Part shown: positions 1 through 7,441 of the stretch, one piece after another | Layout of the letters: every line of letters begins with the position of its first letter | Numbering within the stretch: position 1 is the first letter of the stretch | Sequence record: MH051918 | Strand: one strand, 5' to 3' | From: Escherichia phage vB_EcoS_IME347 | DNA: 50,048 nucleotides | Notes under the pieces: generated by a model | Databases searched by the model: none | Seen by the model: the letters and a program-made list of their open reading frames with translations, nothing else | Told to the model about the DNA's origin: nothing | Position numbers and translations under genes: made by a program

Positions 1-450
1 CCTACCGACTTTTCCGTTTTTAGCAAAAAGTGCTATCGTGACAAGATTACATTGACTCGCTGTATATCACTGTCTACAATTTCCCGGATTTGTCGGCGTG
101 ACAAAATTACACCTCGCGCCCCTGAGAGTGAGATTACATAACTCTATGATATATATAATAATAATAGTTAAATTTTATCTTTTATATACATAAAATATTG
201 TATTGTCATTGTGGCGTATAGGGTGTACACAATGTATATCTCAGATTTCGTGAAAATGATAATTCATGGACATTTATACAGTACTCTATTTGCATATGCT
301 TATATAGGGAAAACACAGTGACATTGTATACAGTGTGTACACCGCAAAAAAATGCGCCGCGAGCCATTGTAAACGCTGGATTCTTATGTCAACATAGCCA
401 CTTATTGACGCCCCGATACGGGCATAGACACTGTAACTAAGGAGCACGTT
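1..450. promoter_or_regulatory. AT-rich divergent early control region A with operator-like inverted repeats
   Basis: No long ORF; AT-rich; copies of a GTGAC-N10-GTCAC-like 20-bp element at 37-56 and 95-113; a 40-bp block at 313-355 is nearly repeated in region B (31423-31465); lies immediately upstream of the first early ORF. Confidence 0.5.
17..37 (-). promoter_or_regulatory. intergenic motif copy (reverse variant) at the window start
   Basis: TTTTAGCAAAAAGTGCTATC; reverse complement matches the AATAGCACTTTTTGCTAAAA variant. Confidence 0.4.
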
Positions 451-972
451 ATGAGCAATACCAATCAGCAACCACAAATCACCGACATGATTCGCCTTGC
501 CTGTCAAAATCACTACGCCGCAGGTGAAGCCATGTTCAGCTTCGACGCGCAACAAATGGCCTTCCACACCGTCAAGAAGTATGCGGAGCAATCCGGGATG
601 GATATCACCGACGAGCAGATCGACGAGGAAGCCGCTCGTTGGGTGGGGCAGAATACCGAGAACATTGCGAAGCGGTTCAAGCCGTCATTTGCGCAGCCGA
701 TCATTAAGCGATTCTTTGCTCACATCGGAAAGGCCGTCGTGGTGAATACCGGGCGCAACGATGCCAACGAACCGATGATTACCGTGACCATTACGGACGA
801 GGAAGTCGTGAAGCCGCAGCGCAAGAGCCGGGCGAAGAAAAAGCAATCCATCGGGGACATTCTGGATTCGTTCGTCGTGGACGTGTCGAAGCTCGGGGAT
901 TCGGAGTTGATGGTTCGCGATGTGAATGAAATCGTTCGGCAAATGAAGGAGCACATCCTGAAAGGTGAATAG
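451..972 (+). CDS. hypothetical early protein (173 aa)
   Basis: ATG preceded by AAGGAG at 439-444; long ORF; stop TAG embedded in the downstream intergenic motif; no recognisable domain. Confidence 0.6.
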   Translation: MSNTNQQPQITDMIRLACQNHYAAGEAMFSFDAQQMAFHTVKKYAEQSGMDITDEQIDEEAARWVGQNTENIAKRFKPSFAQPIIKRFFAHIGKAVVVNTGRNDANEPMITVTITDEEVVKPQRKSRAKKKQSIGDILDSFVVDVSKLGDSELMVRDVNEIVRQMKEHILKGE

Positions 973-1012
973 CACGAATTGCTAAAACAGGCGGAAGGGA
1001 ATCCGCTATTAT
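968..1012 (+). promoter_or_regulatory. intergenic module: AATAGCACGAATTGCTAAAA motif + hairpin + TATTAT
   Basis: Motif at 968-987 overlaps the stop codon of the upstream ORF; inverted repeat gcgga..tccgc at 991-1006; -10-like hexamer at 1007-1012; followed by RBS and ATG at 1049. Confidence 0.55.
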
Positions 1013-1048
1013 ACATCCATCGAAACGAAACACGGAAAGGGCAGCGAA

Positions 1049-1234
1049 ATGAAAATCATCAAAGTGGGTTATGACATCGTTAACGGCAAAAACTTTGCAT
1101 ACGGCGAAAACTTCCAGTTTGAAATCACCGAAGCGGATCGCATTAATTGGAACTTCGACCTGCTCAACGGCTTTGATCTTGAAATCACTCGTGAAGATTT
1201 CGACGCGCTGACTTGCGAGAAATACGAATACTAA
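1049..1234 (+). CDS. small acidic hypothetical protein (61 aa)
   Basis: RBS GGAAAGG upstream; 13 Asp/Glu versus 6 Lys/Arg; flanked on both sides by the intergenic motif. Confidence 0.5.
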   Translation: MKIIKVGYDIVNGKNFAYGENFQFEITEADRINWNFDLLNGFDLEITREDFDALTCEKYEY

Positions 1235-1277
1235 TAGCACGAATTGCTAAAGCCCGGTCAATCGGATCGGGTATAGT
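1234..1277 (+). promoter_or_regulatory. intergenic motif module (AATAGCACGAATTGCTAAA + hairpin + TATAGT)
   Basis: Motif at 1234-1252 overlapping stop TAA at 1232-1234; inverted repeat at 1253-1271; TATAGT at 1272-1277. Confidence 0.55.
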
Positions 1278-1307
1278 AACCACATCGACAACAAAGAGGG
1301 TAGAGAA

Positions 1308-1556
1308 ATGAAAAAGGTCACGGTTAAGCTGTTAAATCACGGCGGGTATGACGGATTAAAGGGCGTTGAATTCCCGCAGGTAGTGGAAGGATTCGAACAT
1401 CCGACGCTGGATTACATTGACGTTCCGTTTGAGGAGTTGGAGCGCATCGGGTACGACAAGGCGAAAGGTCGCTGCTGTGGAAACCTGCCGGACTGCGCTG
1501 AAGGTAGCCCGTGCCTGACATTCTTCAAGTTTAGCGAAGCGGAGGTGATCGCATGA
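1308..1556 (+). CDS. hypothetical early protein (82 aa)
   Basis: RBS AGAGGG then ATG; ORF in six-frame track. Confidence 0.5.
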   Translation: MKKVTVKLLNHGGYDGLKGVEFPQVVEGFEHPTLDYIDVPFEELERIGYDKAKGRCCGNLPDCAEGSPCLTFFKFSEAEVIA

Positions 1557-1753
1557 AAAAGGTTCCAATGTTCATCGCTGGCGGCATCGCCAAATATTAC
1601 GCCGTAATTGGCAATAAATTCTATTACTGGAGCGAATTCCAAAAGTGCTGGTGTGGCTCAGTTAACGATCCGGGGCAAAATGAGCGACGCCTCGAAAGGG
1701 CGATCCGTGAGGGTAAAGTTTTCCTAGCCACCATCAAGGGGGAAATCCTATGA
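1553..1753 (+). CDS. hypothetical early protein (66 aa)
   Basis: ATGA start/stop overlap with the upstream ORF, suggesting translational coupling. Confidence 0.5.
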   Translation: MKKVPMFIAGGIAKYYAVIGNKFYYWSEFQKCWCGSVNDPGQNERRLERAIREGKVFLATIKGEIL

Positions 1754-1860
1754 ATCCACTCGCTTTCGGCACGGCGATTTTCTTTCTGGCGACGGGGCAT
1801 TTTTGGCTGTTCATCGTCACCATGATCTTAATTGGCGCGGGAGCCTTTGACGATGATTAA
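1750..1860 (+). CDS. small hydrophobic peptide (36 aa), putative membrane peptide
   Basis: ATG overlaps upstream TGA (ATGA); translation is strongly hydrophobic (MNPLAFGTAIFFLATGHFWLFIVTMILIGAGAFDDD); below the track size cutoff. Confidence 0.3.
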   Translation: MNPLAFGTAIFFLATGHFWLFIVTMILIGAGAFDDD

Positions 1861-2053
1861 GATGAAATGTGTGCGGTCAACCTACGCGCTGTTTTCGGCT
1901 GGTGAGGTTTACGACTTCAAACGGGCTGGTGAGGCCGGGCGCTTCACGGTGTACGAGTACGAGCGCGAGGGCGCACTGTATCGCTTCGGTCTTGATGATG
2001 CCGGAGCTAACGAAACTGACGGTAATTTTATGCAATTCGAAGAGGTGAAATAA
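1853..2053 (+). CDS. hypothetical early protein (about 66 aa)
   Basis: ORF in track (1832..2053); first in-frame ATG at 1853. Confidence 0.4.
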   Translation: MIKMKCVRSTYALFSAGEVYDFKRAGEAGRFTVYEYEREGALYRFGLDDAGANETDGNFMQFEEVK

Positions 2054-2250
2054 TGTACATTTTAACTGCTGTTCTGGTTCTGGTGATTCTGGTTCTGTAT
2101 GTGTGCGGCTGCTTCCTCATGCGGGCTTTCCTGCGGACGAATGACACAACCGATCAGGATAAGTGGAAGCCTGTCCTTACGTGGCCTGTCATCATGATTG
2201 ATGTTATTTGGGATTGTGCAATCAAAAACCACAAGAAATTTGAGTGGTAA
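2053..2250 (+). CDS. small membrane protein (65 aa)
   Basis: TAATG overlap with upstream ORF; N-terminal hydrophobic helix (ILTAVLVLVILVLYVCGCFLM). Confidence 0.5.
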   Translation: MYILTAVLVLVILVLYVCGCFLMRAFLRTNDTTDQDKWKPVLTWPVIMIDVIWDCAIKNHKKFEW

Positions 2251-2294
2251 ATAGCACGAATAGCTAAACATGCCGGGCGGCAATCCGGCATAAT
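2250..2294 (+). promoter_or_regulatory. intergenic motif module (AATAGCACGAATAGCTAAA + hairpin + CATAAT)
   Basis: Motif directly after stop TAA at 2248-2250; inverted repeat gccgg..ccggc; CATAAT at 2289-2294. Confidence 0.5.
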
Positions 2295-2326
2295 GCAACC
2301 ACACCAAACGAAACGAGGAAAACGAA

Positions 2327-2584
2327 ATGACTCTCAACGAAGTGATCGAAATCATCTGTGGCTATGGCCTCCGCGCAAAACGCGAACTGCTGACTTGCGG
2401 CGCAACGCACGTAGCGATTGACGATAACGGCTCAATCTTCGCCTACAAAGGCGAGCCGCGCAACGACGACCCGGACGGTCAAGAGTGGTTGCCGGGACAC
2501 GGAGAGGGTGATCGCACTGTGATGTACTGCGGCGTGACCGAATATCCGGGCAACTGGAAAAGCTGCGTCTGGAAACTCCCGTAA
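2327..2584 (+). CDS. hypothetical early protein (85 aa)
   Basis: RBS GAGGAA; ORF in track. Confidence 0.5.
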   Translation: MTLNEVIEIICGYGLRAKRELLTCGATHVAIDDNGSIFAYKGEPRNDDPDGQEWLPGHGEGDRTVMYCGVTEYPGNWKSCVWKLP

Positions 2585-2634
2585 ATAGCACTTTTTGTTA
2601 AAACTGAATCTCGGGGCTGCGATATAGTAGCCCT
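2584..2634 (+). promoter_or_regulatory. intergenic motif module (variant AATAGCACTTTTTGTTAAAA + hairpin + TATAGT)
   Basis: Variant motif at 2584-2603 after stop TAA; inverted repeat ggggctgc..gtagccc around TATAGT at 2623-2628. Confidence 0.5.
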
Positions 2635-2658
2635 ACACCAAACGAAGAGGGTAACACA

Positions 2659-2961
2659 ATGAAATTAGCACGTAGCGCAGTATTCGCAGTCGGCACGCAG
2701 GGCAATAAAAGCACTGCATTCCTGTACATTAACAGCAAGGGTGAAATCTCCCCGTTCTGGCGTAGCGAGTATCATGCGGACGGATGGAGCAAGCACGGCG
2801 AGCTTGACCTGATTTGCGGACAAAAGCCTATCAATCACGATCACTGGTACGGCATCGAACTTGACGGGGTGGAACGTGACATTACCATGATTCAATCGCA
2901 CGTTACCCGCGCTGAAGGTGTGGACTTTAAGCGAGCGCTGAAGTTCATCGGAAAGCACTAA
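2659..2961 (+). CDS. hypothetical early protein (100 aa)
   Basis: RBS AGAGGG; ORF in track. Confidence 0.5.
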   Translation: MKLARSAVFAVGTQGNKSTAFLYINSKGEISPFWRSEYHADGWSKHGELDLICGQKPINHDHWYGIELDGVERDITMIQSHVTRAEGVDFKRALKFIGKH

Positions 2962-3027
2962 TTGTTAAAAGGGGGATTCATCCTGACTGGTATAATCCCC
3001 ACATCAACCAAGCGAGAGGAAAGCAGA

Positions 3028-3492
3028 ATGTTACGCAAAGAAGATATCACCTACCCAATCAGCTTCGTTAGCTTCGGAGTTGGCACCTTTACATTCACCA
3101 ACGAGAAAGGCGGCCACATGGTGTGCGCCAATGGCTACGAGCAACGCGAAATCGAATGCAGGGTGGGGGAATTTATAGAAAAAGCGAACAAGCACAACCC
3201 GGACAACGATCCTAAGCGTGACTACAACTACACGATGCCGGGCGCGGCGGCTGAGGTTAAGTCTGGTGAGTGCAGGGCTGAGTATATGCCAATCGGATCA
3301 ACTCTAACGGGCGTCCGCATGGATGATGGAGATTGGGCTGAACTGAGAATCACTCCTCGCCGGATTGAGGTTGATTCCGAGGTGATTACCTTCCTGCTGC
3401 ATGCGCACTACAGCACCAACACCAAGCAGTCACGTTTTGCCGGGGAAGTGAGCATGAAGCGCGATGCGATTGTTCGTTGGGAGAAGGCATAA
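3028..3492 (+). CDS. hypothetical early protein (154 aa)
   Basis: In-frame ATG at 3028 preceded by GAGAGGAAAG; the track ORF begins further upstream but without an ATG. Confidence 0.5.
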   Translation: MLRKEDITYPISFVSFGVGTFTFTNEKGGHMVCANGYEQREIECRVGEFIEKANKHNPDNDPKRDYNYTMPGAAAEVKSGECRAEYMPIGSTLTGVRMDDGDWAELRITPRRIEVDSEVITFLLHAHYSTNTKQSRFAGEVSMKRDAIVRWEKA

Positions 3493-3644
3493 TGGCAACT
3501 TGGTACTTAATCGCGATCACCTATTACGCCGGGGTTCAGCCGATCCCGTTCGACTCGCACAAGGCTTGCATTGATGCGCGAGAGGTAATCAAGAGAAACA
3601 ACCCGACAACCGCAAGCTTGCAGGTTGTATGCGTTAAGAAATAG
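3492..3644 (+). CDS. small hydrophobic protein (50 aa)
   Basis: ATG overlaps upstream stop (TAATG); hydrophobic N-terminus (MATWYLIAITYYAGV); stop TAG lies inside the following motif; below track cutoff. Confidence 0.3.
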   Translation: MATWYLIAITYYAGVQPIPFDSHKACIDAREVIKRNNPTTASLQVVCVKK

Positions 3645-3690
3645 CACGAATTGCTAAACCTTCCGCAAGGCCATTTGATATAGTGGCCTT
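3640..3690 (+). promoter_or_regulatory. intergenic motif module (AATAGCACGAATTGCTAAA + hairpin carrying TGATATAGT)
   Basis: Motif at 3640-3658; inverted repeat aaggcca..tggcctt at 3667-3690 enclosing the extended -10-like TGATATAGT at 3676-3684. Confidence 0.55.
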
Positions 3691-3724
3691 ATTGAAGCAG
3701 AGCAACCAATCAGAGGCAATGACC

Positions 3725-3937
3725 ATGAAATTTTATCAAACGAGCCGTAACGCTGTTCTGAAATACTGGATTGAAAACGGCGTTGTGATGTGCAGCGGAA
3801 TGGCGGGCGAGCCGTTTAAGTCAGCAATGACCGTCGAAGATGTGGAATGGGCTGTCAGTCGCGGAATGATGGTTCCGGTTCAGAGCAACCCGTTCGACTA
3901 CTGGAATAAACTGAAGTCAGGGGATCTGTTTAAGTGA
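3725..3937 (+). CDS. hypothetical early protein (about 70 aa)
   Basis: ATG at 3725 with RBS CAGAGG about 7 nt upstream. Confidence 0.45.
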   Translation: MKFYQTSRNAVLKYWIENGVVMCSGMAGEPFKSAMTVEDVEWAVSRGMMVPVQSNPFDYWNKLKSGDLFK

Positions 3938-4167
3938 TTATCGTCAACACCGAAACGGGCGAGGTCATGGATAACTGCATCGTTATCGACGACAAGCCCA
4001 AGCCGAAGAGCAAGGCAGGAACTTACGTTAGGACGGTCTGCAAGGCTCCCGGATGCGGGAATATTTACGAGGCGAAAGCCTCAGACCTGAAGCGCGGTTG
4101 GGGATTGACCTGCTGTAAGTCATGCGCAGCCGTGGTTCGCGAACTTAAAAAGAAAGGGCGTTGGTAA
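3934..4167 (+). CDS. small Cys-rich, putative zinc-ribbon protein (77 aa)
   Basis: ATGA overlap; cysteine pattern CKAPGCG ... CCKSC. Confidence 0.5.
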   Translation: MIIVNTETGEVMDNCIVIDDKPKPKSKAGTYVRTVCKAPGCGNIYEAKASDLKRGWGLTCCKSCAAVVRELKKKGRW

Positions 4168-4355
4168 TGGAGCGTTTAAGCTACTGGCAGATACTGGATA
4201 AGGCCGGGCGACTGCGCGAGCAGCTTCGCGGGCTACCGGATAATGACCGAATGGAAATAATCGGTCGGGCGTTGCTGGATCTGGTTCACGGCGACGTGAC
4301 CTATCACTCATGCGGCAACGCACAATGGAACCTGACCTTTGAGGTGAAGAAATGA
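4161..4355 (+). CDS. hypothetical early protein (64 aa)
   Basis: Overlapping start; ORF in track. Confidence 0.45.
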   Translation: MVMERLSYWQILDKAGRLREQLRGLPDNDRMEIIGRALLDLVHGDVTYHSCGNAQWNLTFEVKK

Positions 4356-4654
4356 ACAACTTGCACGAACTGAAGATTTTCCCGCGCCACTTCTACGGCG
4401 TGAAGATGGGGCAGAAGAAAGCAGAATTCAGGGTTGACGATCGCGGATTCAAAACTGGCGACACGCTCCGCCTTCGCGAATGGCACGAGGGCGACTTTAC
4501 CGGGCGGGAAATCAGCGTTGTGGTGACTGACGTAACCGACGTGACCGAGTTCATCAATCGGGCGAACGCCGAACTGTACAACGGGAACCGCTTCGTAATG
4601 CTGTCGTTCTTCGTGGTTCACGCGAGCCTTTGCGATATCCCGTACATCCGATAG
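4352..4654 (+). CDS. ASCH-like (DUF3850-type) small protein (100 aa)
   Basis: N-terminal pattern HELKIFP..F..V..G.K..E.R..DR.F..GD.L.L.E...TGRE resembles the DUF3850/ASCH fold; judged by eye only. Confidence 0.45.
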   Translation: MNNLHELKIFPRHFYGVKMGQKKAEFRVDDRGFKTGDTLRLREWHEGDFTGREISVVVTDVTDVTEFINRANAELYNGNRFVMLSFFVVHASLCDIPYIR

Positions 4655-4702
4655 CACGAATTGCTAAAACAATAATCCGGGGCTATGCCATAATAGCCCC
4701 AC
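4650..4702 (+). promoter_or_regulatory. intergenic motif module (GATAGCACGAATTGCTAAAA + hairpin + CATAAT)
   Basis: Motif overlaps stop TAG; inverted repeat ggggctatg..catagcccc with TGCCATAAT-like element inside. Confidence 0.5.
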
Positions 4703-4725
4703 ACCAAACGAAAGAGGAAGTAGAT

Positions 4726-5106
4726 ATGAAATTCAAATGCACAACCGACACAACGAAGAAATTCACTCCGGGCAAAGTCTACGAGACTTCGGCGAGCAAC
4801 GCACTTCACAACGTGGCTATCCGTGACGACTCCGGGCGGACTCGCGTATTTCGTGTAACTCATAACGGCGAAGGTATTCGCTGGAATGTCGGCGGCAATA
4901 AGTCTGCGGTTATGAAAAAGCTTCATCCTACCTTCCGCATCGACGAGTTGGGTACTGTCCATATCAGCGACGGCGAAGTAACCCGAGTCAAGATCGGCGG
5001 TTGGTGCGAGACTGCGGAATCTAAGCGCGAACGAATCACGAAAATCGCTATCGCGGCAACTCTGGTGCTGGTGAGTGTGGCTGTATTCGTGGCGAATCAC
5101 TTCTGA
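4726..5106 (+). CDS. hypothetical protein with C-terminal transmembrane helix (126 aa)
   Basis: RBS AGAGGAAG then ATG at 4726; C-terminal hydrophobic segment IAIAATLVLVSVAVFVANHF; N-terminal MKFKCT...FTPGKVYE motif is shared with three other small ORFs. Confidence 0.5.
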   Translation: MKFKCTTDTTKKFTPGKVYETSASNALHNVAIRDDSGRTRVFRVTHNGEGIRWNVGGNKSAVMKKLHPTFRIDELGTVHISDGEVTRVKIGGWCETAESKRERITKIAIAATLVLVSVAVFVANHF

Positions 5107-5154
5107 TTTAAAAGGGGAATCTCTCTGAGCGGTTCCCCATAACAAGGAATTCAA

Positions 5155-5280
5155 ATGGTAGACGTGAATCACTGGAATGAACCGCCAAAGCATGACGTTC
5201 TGTTTTGGTTTCTCGGGTTGCTGATAACGCTCGTTATCATCTTGAAAGGCGTGATGGTGGCGGAATGGATTCTGACCTGA
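5155..5280 (+). CDS. possible small membrane peptide (41 aa)
   Basis: AAGGAA RBS about 7 nt before ATG at 5155; hydrophobic core; overlaps the start of the next ORF in another frame; speculative. Confidence 0.2.
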   Translation: MVDVNHWNEPPKHDVLFWFLGLLITLVIILKGVMVAEWILT

Positions 5281-5474
5281 TTAACTACGAAGATGCAGCG
5301 CGTGACGCTATCGATGGTATGCTGCCAAATTCGAAGCGTGTGGCTCACTATCGCGGTTTTAAGGGTTCACCTGTTAAACTGTATTGCGAGATTTTGAAGC
5401 TCTCAGAAGTCGATACAGCGCGTTTAGAGGCATACGATTTTAAGCGTTTTTCGATAACCATCGAAACCAAATAG
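5265..5474 (+). CDS. hypothetical early protein (69 aa)
   Basis: In-frame ATG at 5265 within track ORF 5205..5474. Confidence 0.4.
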   Translation: MDSDLINYEDAARDAIDGMLPNSKRVAHYRGFKGSPVKLYCEILKLSEVDTARLEAYDFKRFSITIETK

Positions 5475-5520
5475 CACGAATTGCTAAAAACCTATCAGGG
5501 GAATGCGCTATGATTCCCCT
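5470..5520 (+). promoter_or_regulatory. intergenic motif module (AATAGCACGAATTGCTAAAA + hairpin + TATGAT)
   Basis: Motif overlaps stop TAG; inverted repeat ggggaatgcgc..gattcccc. Confidence 0.5.
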
Positions 5521-5544
5521 ACACCAACAAGCGAGGACGACAAA

Positions 5545-5976
5545 ATGAAACATCTGGTATGCATTGTAGAAGGTTGCGGCCTGGAAGGAATCGGCGGTGA
5601 ACTCGGTCACTACATGATCGCGAAGAATGACCAAGACCGAAGCGGCGACGTTGAGATAACCTCCCGCCACGCACTCCCTTACATCATGGAGACTCTCGGT
5701 GATGGAATGTATCAGGGTTATGGCTCCAGCGCTATTTACAAGCAATACCCGATCCGCAAGCGTCTGGTTCGCGCATTCTTTAAGTACGCGCATCACGATT
5801 GCAAGCTTTCACGCAATGCGGCGAAAAGTTGGGCGCGAGCTATGGCTGACGGATATTTCTTCCGTGATGGTCAGGCGATCAGCGAAATGATTCAGACAAT
5901 CATGATCGACTATGACGGCGATTTCGGTCAAGAGTCATTCGATAGCTACGTTGCCGACGAGATCTCTTACTGGTAA
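5545..5976 (+). CDS. hypothetical early protein (143 aa)
   Basis: ATG at 5545 after GAGGACGA; ORF in track. Confidence 0.5.
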   Translation: MKHLVCIVEGCGLEGIGGELGHYMIAKNDQDRSGDVEITSRHALPYIMETLGDGMYQGYGSSAIYKQYPIRKRLVRAFFKYAHHDCKLSRNAAKSWARAMADGYFFRDGQAISEMIQTIMIDYDGDFGQESFDSYVADEISYW

Positions 5977-6026
5977 ATAGCACGAATTGCTAAAACTTGC
6001 TCAGGGGCATTTGTTATAGTGTCCCT
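5976..6026 (+). promoter_or_regulatory. intergenic motif module (AATAGCACGAATTGCTAAAA + hairpin with TGTTATAGT)
   Basis: Motif after stop TAA; inverted repeat ggggca..gtccc around TGTTATAGT. Confidence 0.5.
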
Positions 6027-6059
6027 CGTTGAGTTAAGCAACCAATAAAGGAAAAAGCG

Positions 6060-6590
6060 ATGATTATCAACGCATACGGTAAAGAGTTTCACACAAACGC
6101 GCCTTCCGGCCTTGTCTGTATTTTCGACTACGACGGGACGCTTTCGGACGGTTCGCACCGACTTCACCTCCTGCCGAAGAAGGATTTACACCTCACTGAA
6201 AGCTGGAGCGAATTCAACCTTGCATCGGTGGACGACGCCCCGATCGAATCAACTATCAAGGTAATGAATGCGATGTATGCAGCCGGGCATTGTGTCATTA
6301 TTTTGACCGGACGCAGCGATGAAGTTGAAGCGGAATCCCGAGTTTGGTTAGATCGTCACGGCGCGAAGTATGACTTCATGATCATGCGTCGCCACGACGA
6401 CAACCGCAAAGACACGGTTATCAAAGAGGAAGTTCTCCGCGAGATCGGGTTGGAGCGAATCCTCGCGGCTTGGGACGATAGCCCTTCAGTTATTCCACAC
6501 TTTAGGAATATTGGAATAACTACATATGCCGTAACTGACTACGGCGACAACGTTCACGATCACCTTAAATCACACGGAGTAGAAAAATAA
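6060..6590 (+). CDS. HAD-superfamily phosphatase-like protein (176 aa)
   Basis: HAD motif I DxDGT present as FDYDGTLSDGS near the N-terminus; the start of the next ORF overlaps its stop. Confidence 0.55.
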   Translation: MIINAYGKEFHTNAPSGLVCIFDYDGTLSDGSHRLHLLPKKDLHLTESWSEFNLASVDDAPIESTIKVMNAMYAAGHCVIILTGRSDEVEAESRVWLDRHGAKYDFMIMRRHDDNRKDTVIKEEVLREIGLERILAAWDDSPSVIPHFRNIGITTYAVTDYGDNVHDHLKSHGVEK

Positions 6591-7174
6591 TGAGCAAAGT
6601 AATCATTCTCAACGCGCCGCCAGCATGTGGCAAAGACACGATAGGTTCAATCATCGCGGATATGAATCAGATTTATGGCGTTCGCATGTTGAGCTTCAAA
6701 GCGCCGATGTTCGAGATCGCCCGAGCTATCCTCGGTGATGCGAACTTTGATTATTTCATGTTCCTTTATAACGATCGGCTCCATAAGGAAAAGCCCGATT
6801 CCATTCTGAACGGTAAAAGCCCGCGCGAGTTCATGATCTGGATTAGCGAGGCAATCATTAAGCCAGAATTCGGCAATGATTATTTCGGGCGTCGAATGGT
6901 TGAGGCTGTCAAGTCAGGCACTGCCCCGGCGATTATCACGGACGGCGGATTCACTGAAGAGACAATCGCACTAATTGAAGCTGGTATTCAGGTTCACGTC
7001 TGCCGACTGCACCGCGACGGATTCACGTTTGAAGGCGACTCGCGAAACTATCTTCACCTGCCTGTGGGCTGGCAAGGCGTAAACGGCTACACCGAAGAAG
7101 ATTTCCAGTTACGTGACGGTGATCCTGATTACACTGCCAGCGTGATTACCGGGAAATACCTGCGTCACTTCTAA
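6590..7174 (+). CDS. P-loop kinase, deoxynucleoside-monophosphate-kinase-like (194 aa)
   Basis: N-terminal IILNAPPACGKDT resembles the GKDT P-loop of phage dNMP kinases (T4 gp1 type); identified by eye, not by search. Confidence 0.5.
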   Translation: MSKVIILNAPPACGKDTIGSIIADMNQIYGVRMLSFKAPMFEIARAILGDANFDYFMFLYNDRLHKEKPDSILNGKSPREFMIWISEAIIKPEFGNDYFGRRMVEAVKSGTAPAIITDGGFTEETIALIEAGIQVHVCRLHRDGFTFEGDSRNYLHLPVGWQGVNGYTEEDFQLRDGDPDYTASVITGKYLRHF

Positions 7175-7224
7175 TAGCACGAATTGCTAAAAACTCGGCG
7201 GGGTAAGCTGTTATAGTTACCCCA
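7174..7224 (+). promoter_or_regulatory. intergenic motif module (AATAGCACGAATTGCTAAAA + hairpin with TGTTATAGT)
   Basis: Motif overlaps stop TAA at 7172-7174; inverted repeat ggggtaagctg..agttacccc. Confidence 0.5.
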
Positions 7225-7253
7225 TCGAAAACAACCAATCAGAGGAAACGCGA

Positions 7254-7439
7254 ATGATGCAAGTCACCAGCTACACCCAATCGACAGCCGAAGCAATCAG
7301 CGAACTTCGAAAGGTTGCCGACGCGCTGGAGAAAGGCGAGGCTATGCTTTATAGCGGATCAGTTACCAACACCAAGCGTTACGGCGAAGCCCGTGAATAC
7401 GCTATCGAAATCACAGTAGTCACCGATAAGGAGATGTAA
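7254..7439 (+). CDS. hypothetical early protein (61 aa)
   Basis: RBS CAGAGGAAA; ORF in track. Confidence 0.45.
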   Translation: MMQVTSYTQSTAEAISELRKVADALEKGEAMLYSGSVTNTKRYGEAREYAIEITVVTDKEM

Positions 7440-7441
7440 AA

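Noticed and set aside
286-1016. Track ORFs on the opposite strand or in alternative frames inside ORF 451..972 (286..591 -, 497..745 +, 513..704 -, 685..975 -, 720..1016 -, 791..1240 -)
   Set aside because: They overlap a better-supported ORF with a strong RBS, lack RBSs themselves, and are typical shadow ORFs.
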